64,000 nt of DNA, from positions 8,572,422 through 8,636,421 of the forward strand of contig NC_092678.1 of assembly GCF_964355755.1 (NCBI RefSeq), read 5' to 3'. The DNA is from Antedon mediterranea. Its lineage: Eukaryota; Animalia; Echinodermata. Positions 22,000 through 35,134 of this stretch are shown piece after piece. Position 1 is the first letter of the stretch, and every line of letters begins with the position of its first letter. Position numbers and translations under genes: made by a program. The notes below the pieces were generated by a model. That model saw only the letters and a program-made list of their open reading frames with translations. It was not told the origin of the DNA and did not search any database.

Positions 22000-24200
22000 C
22001 TACATTTTAAATACATTGACGAGTTCTTCTGGAGAAACGTTTCCACCTCTAATCACCACGACGACTGTCTTTCCCGAAAGGTCTGGGACGTTGTGATGCA
22101 TAAGAGCTGAGAAGGCAGCAGCACCAGAGGGTTCGACCTTTAACCCTGCGTTGTAAAGATGTTTTACAGCAGAGATGATTTCTGAGTCACTTACAAGAAG
22201 GATTTCGTCAACAAATTTCTTGTTATGTGCGAATGAATATTTACCTTTGATGAGAAAAATAGAGATTAAGAGCATTATGAATCCGAATTAAGCTATAGGT
22301 TTCCAAAGGTTGAAGAAGTGAAAATTGTACTAAATGTGTTCTGATATATATCGCATTGGATCATTCAACGCAAATTGAGGGCGCTATGCTTTGCCAAAAA
22401 ACAAATCATTCGTTCCTCCTGTAAAGAGGCCCTAAAAACAAGTATTGGCTTAGCAAGAGGTACAAAAACATAGCCGTATATCATAATGTTCATTTTTATT
22501 GTGATACTCAAGCTCTAATTCACTGTTATATTTACTTTACATGTATGGTAAAAATGTCTATTAAACTGTTAGTAATGTTAATAATAGTATTCTTAATAGT
22601 AAAAATAACAATTTCGTGGCAATTCAAAGTCAAACATTATTTCATTGTAGGGTCTTACTAAGACATTTATCTACAATCATTTTTGCCCCGGGCTGACACA
22701 GGATTTAAAAAAATAAAAAATTGTAAAAAGCATATCTAACTCAATTGTAGGTCTTACCTGTTTCAGGTTCAACACCATATACTGTGCAAGTAGTCTGGCA
22801 ATGTAATGTCATGGCTGCAGCTGTTCCAACAAGTAAATTTCCTCCTCCACAACACACTAACGTGATATCTGGTTTTGGAACATCTTCAAGTATCCTACTG
22901 TAATCAAAGCAGAAAGCATCTTTTAAACAATGTAAAACTTGACCAGAATCAAATTCAGTTTTTATCTAGCATAAAGGTAAAACTGTTTTCAAGTATTAGT
23001 TTAGGTCACTGTTTCGACCAGCTAATTACATGATTTGTCCGTATATTTATATGCTTTTGATTGGTGGATTTATCCGTGCGCTATATCATAGTTTGAACCT
23101 AATTTAACTATAATTTAAGTGGAACTTGGACAAAAGGTTATTTACAACAACTGTATGAATTCACCCTCCTACCTTCCATGTCCAGCTAGCGATTTTTTTT
23201 TTCGTACATAAGTTGGGGACCCCTTCATGAAACGTCACAAAATAAACATGAATAATTCATCAGTTGAATTTGTTGTTCCGTGTGCACCCAAGCGTATAGC
23301 AACAAGAAGTGATTACACAACTGCGATACGATACTTTCTACAACAGGCCTAGGATTCCAAGTCAATTCACGTGATTGCCTTCGCGCACTCTTCTTCACAC
23401 AAAATGTGTCGAGTCGAGGCTAATCGACAGCTAGGCAAGACATTAAACTAAGTAGTAATTCATTGGACATAGCCCAAAGAAAGCTTAGACCCACAAGAAT
23501 AAAGAATGTGTATAATTTGTGTACTGTATTTTTTTAATTCTGCTATTTTATTATCAAACAATATGCATGTACTCAAAGGAATTTTAAAAATGCGCGTATA
23601 TGAACACATGAGATGGGAAGATTTGACCCACGAGAATAAAAAATGTATTTTTGTGTAATGTTTATTGTTTAATTTTGCTGACTTATTACTCGGATTGTGT
23701 CATACCAAAGATAGTAAGTGTAACTATCTTTGGTCATACCTAACACACACACACGTCACACACACCCACACAGCTACTACTAGAATAGACATGGGTTTAG
23801 AGACTAATAATTAGACCTAATAGTATTAATAGAAACTATAGTTTTAACACGTAATTCTTTAGTAATAAATTATATTAAAAACACCATAAACTAAAGGCTG
23901 ATTATTTCGACAATCCACACAAAACGCCGCTATTCTTCTATGAAATCGCACGCCGCAACAACAGCGGAGATAGGCCTAGAATCGTACCGCACTTGTGTAA
24001 TCACTTCTTGTTGCTATACGCTTGGGTGCACACGGAACAAGAAAATTTAACAGATGAATTATTCATGTTTATTTTGTGACGTTTCATGAGGGGGGTCCCC
24101 AACTTATGTACGAAAAAAAAAATCGCGTCCAGCTATGAGATTAAGATCATCCAATGAATGGAAGAAATACATGCCTTCATTTGCAACCTTTCATCTACTT
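22000..24200 (-). pseudogene. PLP-dependent Ser/Thr dehydratase (threonine ammonia-lyase / serine racemase-like) gene, 3' exons only, disrupted
   Basis: Three exons. ~24200-24136 + 23188-23173 encodes EGMYFFHSLDDLNLIAGHG and is split by a MITE. 22897-22758 encodes ILEDVPKPDITLVCCGGGNLL..VYGVEPET, with AG/GTAAG boundaries. 22244-22000 encodes FVDEILLVSDSEI..GLKVEPSGAAAFSAL..VVVVIRGGNVS. No 5' exons or Lys-PLP motif were recognised. Confidence 0.8.
23189..24126. mobile_element. Mutator-like MITE (same family as 15082-15934) inserted into a dehydratase exon
   Basis: Same TIRs; 9-bp TSD gtccagcta at 23180-23188 and 24127-24135. Confidence 0.85.
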
Positions 24201-24324
24201 AAATTTTGTAATTCACTGACATCAACCTTTACAACCTTTGACCCATAACGCTAAAGTGATAAAGAAGGAGTAGAAGTATCTATTAACAAGATAAATATGT
24301 GTTTTACATATTAGACAATTATTT

Positions 24325-27004
24325 GGGTTGGGAATCATAGGTTCAGGTGAATCCACGCGGGTCTTCATTATTTAATAAAGTAGAGCAAAGAGCCTTAAGC
24401 GCTTGATTCCTTGTATTTATAACTTTATTTTATTTGAGGGAGCACATATCATCACAAGAGTCACATCATTGGTCAAAGGGAGTAGGCGCAAGTACAAGGC
24501 CAACCGAATCTCAAAACGGACCACCGAAATACGGGAATCTCTGTCGAACCGGAATTATCAGACGGGTAAGAGGATAACTGCATCTAGACTACATTGAAAA
24601 GAACAATCCTCTAACGTCTGCTTGAAGAGTCAACGAAATACGAAATACTCTAATCAACACAGCTCGATTATCTCGCGCTGTCTTTGGCATTATTACTGTG
24701 GGCCGAATACCAAGCTTATTAGCAGCATATCTTAGTGCTTTTCCGTAATTCCCGCATTACATTGTGATCACTGGTCTATAACCCTTGACAACTGCGTCTG
24801 GTAAATGTACCATCTGATTGGCTAAACCTCTTACATTGAAAGAACCTGAAGTAAAAATAAAGCCGGAAGTGTTGGGTGACGCCGCATTAGCTTAGAAACA
24901 CTAAGAATAACAACATCAAAAACGTCTAAATCTCACAGTATTTCGCCCTCCGTGCGTTTTGAAAAGCAAGCAATATGTGTATTAGTCGCCGTATATGTGA
25001 AAATCTGGCTTTTGGAAGCCTGAATGTTAGAGGAATTAGACCTCACAAGAAGAAGAAGGACCTAGCCTCAGATCTACTACGATACAATGTACAAGTACTC
25101 GGCGTGCAAGAGACTCACCTACATGGAACAGGTGTTATTGACCTGCCTGGCATAGGAGAAGATAAATATGAGCTTTTCCATTTGGGATCGGAAAAGAATG
25201 CGCATCACGGTGTAGGTATCGCTATACAGAAGGGTTTGTGTGCTAAATTTAAACGATTCTCTGATAGAACGTGTATGGCTATTTTTAGGATAAATGGAGA
25301 AAATTCAAGAAAACAGAGGTATGTAAATTTTATTTCAACATATGCGCACACGCTAAGTGTAAGTGAAAAGCATCCAGCAATTAGGGAGCAATATTATGAC
25401 GAACTCGAGAGCATTATAAACAGTTTGAGCAATAGAAACCTACTAATCATTGCGGGGGACATGAATGCTAAGACCGGATCTGGGTACCATCAGGGGTTTG
25501 CACAATGCATGGGCCAACATGGTAAAGGAACACTAAACAGCAATGGAATAGCACTTTTGGAGATGGCAATGAGACATAAACTCCTACTCACGAATACTAT
25601 GTTCGAACACAAAATGTCACATAGAACGACATGGGTTATGCCAGTCAGGGTTAAACCACATAATGACAAGGACGGTACGCCACGTAGAAATCCCTATAGA
25701 AATCAAGTAGATTACATTATGATTAGGAAGAGAAATTTTAATTTTGTCACTAACTCTAGATCTTACAGCGGAATTGATGTAGAAACTGATCATAGAATAG
25801 TAAAAACACAACTTAGATTGCAATATTTTAAGATGAAACCAAAAAAGAAGTGTAGAGTAATTGACGTAGAAAAATTAAATGAAAGGACTAATCAAGAAAA
25901 ATACCAGAATAAAGTGAAAGAGTCTTTAGATACAGATAAACTAACTAACGTTGACACTTTTAAACGATGGGGGCTTATTGCAGACGTCTGTAAAGATGCA
26001 GCAATAAATGTAGTAGGATTTAAAGAAACTCGAAGAGCAAATAAAATACAAAATGATGAAATTAAGAAACTTTCTCAGAAACAAAAGAAACTTAGGCTAG
26101 AAATAAATGCATGCAAACAAAATGATGATAGGATTAAAATGAAAAAACAACGAAATATAGTACTTAAGGAAATTCATAGTAAGATAAAATATGAGGAAGA
26201 AAAAACAATAAGTAGACAAATTGAAGAACTTGAGAAAATAAAAGATGAACCAAATAAAATGTTTCAAGCAATAAGACATCTAAAAAGAACAGAAAAAACG
26301 GATAAAAGTTTTGTATACGACTGTAGAAATAGCATAATTACCAATGAAACAGAACAAGTAAAAATTGTAACAAGTTATTTCAGAGAAGTCTATGAGAAGA
26401 AAAGAGTTGAGAAGAACCTAGGAATTGATAAGATAAGGATGAAAAATCCATTTAAGATAGAAGAAATTAAATTAGCTGCCAAAAAACTGTGGGAAGAGCC
26501 CAGGGCCAGATGAGGTTCACTCTGAACTTATAAAATATGCACCTGACAACATTTTCAGTAGTATTGCAACTATGTTTAATGATATCGTTATGACAGGAAA
26601 GGCGCCCCATGATATCACAGAAGGTATCATAGTTCCATTACATAAACCAGGCAAACAAAAGGGTATCGTAAAGAACCTTAGACCAGTTGTCCTCCTAAAT
26701 ATCATTAGAAAAATGTTGGCCATTTGCCTTATAAATAGAATTGATGATAAGCTTAGGACCATTATACCACCCTCACAGGCAGCATACTGTAAAGGAAGGA
26801 GTGTCACTGAACATGTGTTTACTCTCCGAACACTAGCAGAAAAAGCAATCACATCATCAGACTACGAAATAAATGTACTCATGTTAGACATGAGCAGTGC
26901 TTTTGATACTGTAGACAGGAAAAAATTAATTGATATAATATCTCACATCCTTGAACCAGAAGAGCTAAATATTATCAAAATCCTCATAGAACAAGTAGAT
27001 CTTA
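24325..27004 (+). mobile_element. RTE-clade-like LINE, 3'-truncated (AP endonuclease + N-terminal RT)
   Basis: ORF 24975-26513 has SLNVRG, GVQETH, AGDMNAK, NQVDYI and ETDH. After a frameshift near 26490 it continues PGPDEVHSELIK..NLRPVVLL..LDMSSAFDTV. Cut by a MITE at 27005. The 5' boundary is approximate. Confidence 0.85.
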
Positions 27005-27931
27005 CGCCCGTATTCTTAAACCGGACTTTAGTCGTAGTTCGAAGTTCGACTTGAAAAAGTCGTAGTTCGAGCTATTACTTCAAATTCGATTTAAAAACAA
27101 AGTAGTCGAAGTTTGCAGTTCGACTTAATGAAGTCAAGCTTTTAGTCGAGTTGCACACGTCTGGGTAACAAAGGCTATACATTGGCCAATGACAAGAGAG
27201 TATTTGAGGAGCAGACAAAATTTTGCGCATTGATATCACTTTCCATTTTCTTGCAACACTTTTTACGCATCAGGACTATATACATGAAAAGTAATTTTAA
27301 TCGCTAATTATTAGAACAAGATCAGTATCAATTTAACAGTGAAGTACTTTTGATTAACAACAAACAAAATATTCAAAATATATTCAGGAACCATGGCGGT
27401 ACGGTAACTTTTATATTTTCTAGGCCCCCAACAAAGTATGATCGCGACGAACCACGCACTTCATCGCGTGACAAGAAAGCGCTAGCCCCCTAAACATTCC
27501 ATCGCGTGGTGAATTTCCGCATCTGCCATTGTCGCTATGGCGTGACGTAGTTCAAGTCGGACTTGCGCGAAGAAAATAATGTAATTTGTATACGGTTGTA
27601 AATAAAGATTATTTTCATTATTATAAGTTATACCAATGTATACTTAATTAAGCTAATCTAAAAATAGATATTTCATTTTTCAATATCTGTCCAATATAAC
27701 AACTCAATGACTGTTACGTTTTTCATAAACATCGTTTAAAAACCATTTAGTCGACCATTTAGCCTGCCCCTTCCAGGACTAAAAAAATCGATCAAAATTC
27801 GTCTCGATTTAGTCGAGGTTGGCCTGAATTAGTCGGCGATTTAGTTGAAGTTCGGTTTATGAATTAAAATGACGTCATTTTTAAAGTTTTAGCTCGAACT
27901 ACGACTAAAGTCCGGTTTGTGAATACGGGCG
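27005..27931. mobile_element. PIF/Harbinger-like MITE
   Basis: TIR cgcccgtattc..aaaccggactttagtcgtagttcga; TTA TSD. Confidence 0.8.
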
Positions 27932-27995
27932 TTAGTTGTCTGGTGGCCGTCACTTAATTGTCTGGTGGCCGTCACTTAGTTGTCTGGTGGCCATC
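27932..27995 (+). repeat. 22-bp tandem repeat x3 (ttagttgtctggtggccgtcac)
   Basis: Directly visible. Confidence 0.8.
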
Positions 27996-28116
27996 TACTA
28001 TATTGAGTCGATCCAATGAGATGGAAAACCATATATTTGTAAACGGGTGTACTAAAGATTGCTACTTAGTGCAACAAAAGAATACATATTCCGAAGTAAA
28101 TCGTTTATGCCAGTAA

Positions 28117-29256
28117 AGCTTACGCCCGTATTCTTAAACCGAAGTTCGACTTGAAAAAGTCGTAGTTCGAGCTATTACTTCAAATTCGATTCAAAAACGA
28201 AGTAGTCGAAGTTTGCAGTTCGACTTAATGAAGTCGAGCTTTTAGTCGAGTTAACTTTAAAAATGACGTCATTTTAATTCATTCACGTCTGGGTAACAAA
28301 GGCTATACATTGGCCAATGACAAGAGAGTATTTGAGGAGCAGACGACATTTTGCGCATTGATATCACTTTCCATTTTTTTTAAACAATTTTTACGCATCA
28401 GGACTATATACATGAAAATAATTTTAATCGTTAATTATTAGAACAATATCAGTATCAATTTAACAGTGAAGTATATTTGATTAACAACAAACAAAATCTT
28501 CAAAATATATTTAGGAACCATGGCGGTACGGTAACTTTTATATTTTCTAGGCCCCCAACAAAGTATGATCGCGACGAACCACGCACTTCATAGCGTGACA
28601 AGAAAGCGCTAGGCCCCCTAAACATTTCATCGCGTGGTGAATTTCCGCATCTGCCATTGTCGCTATGGCGTCACGTAGTTCAAGTCGGACTTGCGCGCAG
28701 AAAATAATGTAATTTGTATACGGTTGTAAATAAAGATGATTTTCATTATTATAACTTATACCAATGTATATTTAATTAAGCTAATATAAAAATAGATATT
28801 TCATTCTTCAATATCTGGCCAATATAACAACTCAATGACTGTTACGTTTTTCATGAACATCGTTTAAAAACCATTTAGTCGACCATTTAGCCTGCCCCCT
28901 CCAGGACTAAAAAAATCGATCAAAATCCGTCTCGATTTAGTCGAGGTTGGCCTGAATTAGTCTGCGATTTAGTTGAAGTTCGGTTTATGAATTAAAATGA
29001 CGTCATTTTTAAAGCTTTAGCTCGAACTACGACTAAAGTCCGGTTTAAGAATACTGGCGTTAGTTCCCACTAGATACGCAACCTACGCAACGTAAGAAAA
29101 TGCCCTTCCAGTCATTGTGTTTGCCCCCGCCTGCGTAAAAATCAAACCTACGATGTTTGCAGCACTGTTGCATCTAATATTCCCACTTGTGTGATTACGC
29201 AATACATCACTTTGCGTCGATACGTCGCTGCGTTGCGTTCTAGTGGGAACCACGCT
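28117..29256. mobile_element. Small Harbinger-like MITE hosting a second copy (28123-29059) of the 27005-27931 element
   Basis: Removing 28123-29062 restores TAA|agcttagttcccactag...ctagtgggaaccacgct|TAA. The inner element is TTA-flanked and closely similar to 27005-27931. Confidence 0.75.
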
Positions 29257-30329
29257 TAACGAAGCAACATTTTTCAGGCACGCTTTTGAGAAATGACTTT
29301 TTAACATTGACACAGAAGACATAACATGCTATCTAGTTTATTTCCGTAAATATGTTTACATACATATTCAAATGTTATACATGTTATAACAGACAATACA
29401 TGTTTATTTTTTTCACCATAATACTGTATAATATCATAATTGTCATAAAAACAAATATTATTTTCGCTAAATATTCATAACTATTCACTATTACCTTATT
29501 CTTATTATATGTATTATTGTAATTATCCCAAAACATAATTATTTAGGCCTACCATAATAACTATTACCATTTTATTATATATCATTTTCGATTCTATATC
29601 CCTATACTGTATGGATAATACGTTTTATTTATTTCACTATAGTTCTGTATCATATCATAATTGCCATAATTAAATCAAATAACATATTCGTTACATATTC
29701 ATAATTCTATTGTGTTAATTACCAAATTGTTCTTTATAATTATCACTAACATTATTATTTGCCATAATAACTACTATTTACCATTATGATATTTCATTTT
29801 CATGTAAAATTTAGTTAATTACCATGTCATTAATTGCCAAATGTATTGTAAGGAATTAATAATTATCATTTTAATCGTCTTCATGATTATCGTTTTCATA
29901 ATTAGTTATCATTGCAACAATTGTAAAAATAAGTTTACACGTTACTGTATCATATTGTAATTATCATAGTTACCATAATTATTATACATTAATGCAAAGT
30001 TGTCGTACTTTGAGAGAGGCATATTGTTATTGGTAATATTTAACATTATGGATGGCTTGAGGAGAAAGTTTCCTCAAATGTCTGTAAGGAAATATAGGTC
30101 TAACATAATTATTTACCATAATAACTATTTATCATTTTATAATATTTCATTTTAATATAATATATCTTTATACTGTATTGATAATACGTTTTATTTTCAC
30201 CATAATTTTGTATCATATTATAATAGCCATAATTAAATACTCATAATTATTATCCAATTTAATGCAAAGTTGTCGTACTTTAAGAGAGGATAGATAAGAA
30301 TAGGTTTTACCATTGCGTTGTAAAGATTG

Positions 30330-30720
30330 TTTTTTGTCTTTTCGGACCCATATGTTTTAGGAATTTGTTAAATGCGCTTATTGCTATTTGTTTGCGTCTA
30401 GATATCCTCCGAATCGCCAAGTAATAGTTTGTTTTTTTTTCGTTTTTCGCCGACTTTCTTCTGCGAATGAATTTGGTGTTTGGTGTTCGGTTTTATCCTA
30501 GTTTACTAAAAGGTTGACCATTTTATGGTGATTTGATATCTCTTCTACGTCCGCTTTACTCGTGAGTAAAATGAAGTCGACATCGGCATAGGATACCTCA
30601 AATGGTATGGTGTAGTCAGTGTCAGGACCCCTGATTCCGTGTAGCGCATTATTTTCGACGTATAAAGCAAAGAGAACGGGAATCATGTTGTCCCCCTGCG
30701 GTACTTCAATGTTGCTCCAT
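30330..30720 (-). mobile_element. Degenerate LINE RT fragment
   Basis: VPQGDNMIPVLFALYVE...SYADVDFI (degenerate YADD). Confidence 0.65.
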
Positions 30721-31164
30721 TGATCTTCAGATTAAGGCAAGTATTGCAGATAAAATATCTAACCAATGCACTTGACATATCGATACATGTGAAATAAATT
30801 TGATTTTACTTTTGGATACCTTTGCGAAATAAATTGCCTATATCGCAGGATTTTAACATGATTAAATTTTAAAGAAGTTGTGGGAAATTTTGTCTGAAAT
30901 TTTTTTGTTACTTTATAGTTGTTTATTTTTCTTGTTATCCTTGTTTTCTCCTAATAATGATCTTTTTAAAATGTCCTAATTATATCATATGTTTTGTTAT
31001 TTTGCTATTATTGAAATATAATTGATGTTCTTGAAAAGGAAATGAAAGGAACAAGATTGTACCCAGAAGATTATCCCTCCCTTAAAATGAATTGACTTGA
31101 AATAAAAAATGACGACGTCAGGACTGCAATATATGGGGAACTCGGGTCTGGGTTAAAGTTAGGC

Positions 31165-34100
31165 CTAAATAGAGAGTATCAACACCATGTCAAGATCGTC
31201 GATGCGAAGTACCCCATTCTGACCTACTTCACGTAACAAAAGAATATGATCTCCAGGTTGAGCATTTCTCACAATTTCATCATCAGAAGCAAAGACACGC
31301 ATCACGTGATTCCAATCGTGCTTAACCGTTCCAAAAACGTCATAGCGACCCTTCACTGTACCTTCCTTTGCCCTGAGTACAAGATACAATTTTCCAGTGG
31401 AAGGAGAATCAGGATTGTCGTCTGTCCAATTGCAACTAACGGTCACAGCTCGCAGCTTCTGCTTCAGTTCCAAACGATGGTCATCACCAGTAAGGATATT
31501 TTCATGTGCATAACCATGTACAAATCCATAAAAATCAAGCTTAGGGGAAAAATGGATCACGACACTGCTGTGGTTAGGAGTTTCGAGTGGGAGGAATGAA
31601 GCTGTTACTTGAAAGGATCCATGACTTCCAGAAGTTTTAGATACAAACCTAAGCTTGTCCCCAACAGCAACTCGCGAAATCAATGCACTTTTATGGATAG
31701 TCGATTCAAGAGGAAACGTTGTGCGAATGGAACCATTTGGCTTGAGGACATTCACAACAACGTTGGATGTTGCTCCAGTTGCATTTAATTGCTTCAATTT
31801 TGCTAAGCAACGGATTTCCTCATTGAAAGCAGTTACCGTTTCATTCCTTGGAGAATCAATGAAAGTGATATTGGCAACAAAATTTCTAACGTGCATTGAA
31901 TGTGACCCACCTCCACCAACAACAGTCATGAATTGAATGACACTTCCAGGTGGAATTGTTTCACCAATAGAATCCGATTCATAGGTATACTTGGACCATG
32001 AATGGGTGACCTTTGTAATAAGAACATCAGAAATAACTTTTTTGCAACCGTTTTCGAACACACGTATGTAAATCTTTCCTTTTAGGTTCCCGTGACCCTG
32101 ATCCTTTGCCTCAAACTGAACTTTAACCTTTGTTACAGCACTAACACCACAAGGAAATCTCTGTACGTAAAGTGGAACAAGCGATTCCGAGTTGTTTGTA
32201 TTGTTAACACTTTGAGATGGAGCAAATACTCTTGTAGTCTCATGAAATGTAAGAACAGCATAAAAGTTCTTCACGTATAGCTTGTGGTGATATTTACGAT
32301 TTCCCACACCACACATAAACTTGACTTTATCACCTGTCTCAATAGTAAATGGTAATTCTTTTCCCGAGTTGTATTCGTAAGATGTCCACTCATGGTCTAT
32401 GAAACAATATGCATCATGGAACAGAATGGTTTTCCTTTCTCCTGACGGCTTGATTACAAACATTGCTAAACGACCTTTTTGATTGCCCCATCCTTGGTCC
32501 TTTGCGTCGAATTTAACTTGAACACTCTTTAAATCATGGGATATTGAGACAATGTCATCGTACAGGTCAATATAGTCCCAGTCCGAATCGGCCAACTTTT
32601 CAACTAGTTCTATTCGTTCGAAGTCAAGTGTAGTCAAAGTTTCCATTTGTGGTCTCCCCACAGCAATGTTTAACATCAAATTTCTGACATGAAGAGTGTG
32701 TCCACCACCCCAGCCTACCCTACACATCAACTGGGCAACAGCACCTATAGGAATGCTTTGATTTTGTTGTAGGTCCCAATTAAAAGTTTTCCATCCCTTA
32801 TGGACCATTACACCACTTGTCAAAGAGTAATCGGTAAAATCCGCCTCCATTGTCTCATTATGCCAAATACGAAGATATACTTCGCCATTTTTTTCTCCCC
32901 AATCTTGATCTTTTGCTTCAAAATGTACATGTATACCTTTAATCGTTGCTACACCAAGAGGAATTCGCTCTGTGTAGAGAGTAATGTTTTGTCCACTATT
33001 GTCGTCCAAGGACACATTCCGAGTAGGACTGAAGATAATTTGGGAATAGTCACCACTTTTTTCGAAACGGAACTGTGGAGCACCATAGGTTATACGGCAC
33101 GATAGGTTTTTACAAGTGAGCTCTTTGCCTGTCCCAACAATACACCACAACTCAATACTTCCCCCAAGACCAATATATTCAAGACCAACACTGCTGTTAT
33201 CAAAGGAAATTTGTCTCTCAGTAGTTGAATTAATGCTACCACAGATGTCAATATCGTGAAATTCATTAATGTGACAATCATGTTTGCGAAGACGCAGATA
33301 CAATCGACCATCTAAAACTACGTTCTTGTTTGGAACATTACTAGCTTCTTGTATCTTCACAATACATTCAACTTGAATTCTTGTCACGGGAAGTCCACCT
33401 ACAGTTATTGCTTTGTTCATTAATGGTCCCTTGGCATTTGTACGTCCATTGATTACAATATTTGCTGGTGCTTCGTATCCATGCGTTGTGTTCGCAAGAG
33501 TGTAATCTGATTGTAAAGGTTCTTCTATGTATTTTGTTTTCTTTCTTACTTCAGTTTGAGGGTTATCCACTCCCCAACTACTGATAACGGCAGAACCAAA
33601 TTTGTTTGGGTGTTTTGCAGTCCAATTCTTGAACATATCACCATATTTGTATCTCCAACTCATAGGATTGATGAGACGCATAGATTTCACATGACTGTTT
33701 AAAGCAGCAAGGTTGTCATTTCCACGTACATCATTTACGGTTTCGTCAATTGTTTCCAGTAATGCCTCGACATGAATAATATCTGTTTTCTTAACAGATA
33801 TTTTGTTCTCTTTAGGCCTTAATCTCTCAGCCATTTCATGAAATGGATCAAGCTGGATTTCGATTTTGTCAGCAGCATCAATGGCCGACTGCAAATGGGG
33901 GAAATTATCTCTTAAACGATTGGCCAGTGTTGTGCCTGAGTCAACAATCAAAATTTTCTCCTTTGTTCCAAAAATAGTGAATAGCGCGTTTTTAACTTCA
34001 CCTGATAGTTTTATGTGATCACCTACAGACAACTTCTTAAGTGCTCCTCTGAATGTTTGCAGTTTCTGAGTAAAAGCACTAAAACCACCTTTACTACTAC

Positions 34101-35085
34101 CCCATATTGCATTATGTTGTACATGCTTAACACCGATGTTGACAGCACCGTGACCGGGCTTATTACCTGTAGCACCAGCTCCAGCTCCTCCTGCTTCATC
34201 ATTCCATACATTTTTGCCTTTGTTTTCTAGCAAATTGGCTTCAGTCTGATGAACAAGATTGTCTTCTCGCATCTTCGTATACCATTCTTTATCAATGTTT
34301 ATTTCAACGACTCTGCTGCGATTTCCAGTGTCGCCACTTATAAACCCACGTGAGTGCTCAGTGCTTTCAGCAATCCAAACCTCGTTTCCTTGGTAGGGTA
34401 GAGGAACTGCCTGTTTCTCTATAGCCTTATTACCTGCCTCTTCATTCATGACACGGTAGATTGGCTTTCCAGTGAAATGCTCAGATGTAAGTTGCGTCAA
34501 GCTACCTTCACCTGCCTCTCCAAGTCCTGCTAGTCCATCAAAACCGATACCAGCCACAAAGTCGAACTCTTCTCCAGGATCATAGTGGCCATTGACCATA
34601 TTTGTCACAACTGATACTTCACCATAAGGGGTGTATTTGTGATGAACTGCTGAATCAACTCCCGTGATGATGCCATCCATTGCAGCTCCAGCTGCAATAC
34701 CTCCCAGGAATGCCCCAGCCGGCCCTCCAGCAAAAAAACCGGCAGCTCCTCCAGCAATAACACCCAATGTTCTACTGGCAGCCTTCATAGAGGCATCACC
34801 TGCCGCTTTGTTTCCAGTAGCATATTCGATCGCTCCTTTTATATGACCAAGAACGGGAATGCCATCAGCAAAATGCCCTAAACTGTCAGCAAACTCCTGC
34901 TGTGTCTCTTTAGCACCCTCTAAGTCTCCTTCAATGGCTTGAACGGCTGAAGTGATCTGGGACAAAACAGGAAAAGTGTGGAGAAAATGTTCCTGAGTTC
35001 TCTTTGCACCTTCTTTATCCCCAGAAATAACTTGAATAAGAGACTTGATCTGGCTTACAATCGGAATGCTGTCTGTGCTGCCCAT
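31165..35085 (-). CDS. 1306-aa paralogue B of the toxin-like multidomain protein
   Basis: Intact ORF, collinear with 161-4087. Differences are only substitutions plus in-frame indels; same acceptor before the ATG. Confidence 0.9.
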   Translation of the reverse strand: MGSTDSIPIVSQIKSLIQVISGDKEGAKRTQEHFLHTFPVLSQITSAVQAIEGDLEGAKETQQEFADSLGHFADGIPVLGHIKGAIEYATGNKAAGDASMKAASRTLGVIAGGAAGFFAGGPAGAFLGGIAAGAAMDGIITGVDSAVHHKYTPYGEVSVVTNMVNGHYDPGEEFDFVAGIGFDGLAGLGEAGEGSLTQLTSEHFTGKPIYRVMNEEAGNKAIEKQAVPLPYQGNEVWIAESTEHSRGFISGDTGNRSRVVEINIDKEWYTKMREDNLVHQTEANLLENKGKNVWNDEAGGAGAGATGNKPGHGAVNIGVKHVQHNAIWGSSKGGFSAFTQKLQTFRGALKKLSVGDHIKLSGEVKNALFTIFGTKEKILIVDSGTTLANRLRDNFPHLQSAIDAADKIEIQLDPFHEMAERLRPKENKISVKKTDIIHVEALLETIDETVNDVRGNDNLAALNSHVKSMRLINPMSWRYKYGDMFKNWTAKHPNKFGSAVISSWGVDNPQTEVRKKTKYIEEPLQSDYTLANTTHGYEAPANIVINGRTNAKGPLMNKAITVGGLPVTRIQVECIVKIQEASNVPNKNVVLDGRLYLRLRKHDCHINEFHDIDICGSINSTTERQISFDNSSVGLEYIGLGGSIELWCIVGTGKELTCKNLSCRITYGAPQFRFEKSGDYSQIIFSPTRNVSLDDNSGQNITLYTERIPLGVATIKGIHVHFEAKDQDWGEKNGEVYLRIWHNETMEADFTDYSLTSGVMVHKGWKTFNWDLQQNQSIPIGAVAQLMCRVGWGGGHTLHVRNLMLNIAVGRPQMETLTTLDFERIELVEKLADSDWDYIDLYDDIVSISHDLKSVQVKFDAKDQGWGNQKGRLAMFVIKPSGERKTILFHDAYCFIDHEWTSYEYNSGKELPFTIETGDKVKFMCGVGNRKYHHKLYVKNFYAVLTFHETTRVFAPSQSVNNTNNSESLVPLYVQRFPCGVSAVTKVKVQFEAKDQGHGNLKGKIYIRVFENGCKKVISDVLITKVTHSWSKYTYESDSIGETIPPGSVIQFMTVVGGGGSHSMHVRNFVANITFIDSPRNETVTAFNEEIRCLAKLKQLNATGATSNVVVNVLKPNGSIRTTFPLESTIHKSALISRVAVGDKLRFVSKTSGSHGSFQVTASFLPLETPNHSSVVIHFSPKLDFYGFVHGYAHENILTGDDHRLELKQKLRAVTVSCNWTDDNPDSPSTGKLYLVLRAKEGTVKGRYDVFGTVKHDWNHVMRVFASDDEIVRNAQPGDHILLLREVGQNGVLRIDDLDMVLILSI

Positions 35086-35134
35086 CCTAAAAATTGAGGT
35101 AAAAAAAAACGTGATTGCTGTTTAATCATTTTTG

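Noticed and set aside
22000-22275. 91-aa ORF as a complete gene
   Set aside because: It is the last exon of the dehydratase-like gene; the first residues are translated intron (acceptor at 22245).
30330-30720. Continuation of the RTE LINE at 24325-27004
   Set aside because: Opposite strand and more decayed; treated as a separate fragment, although an inversion cannot be excluded.
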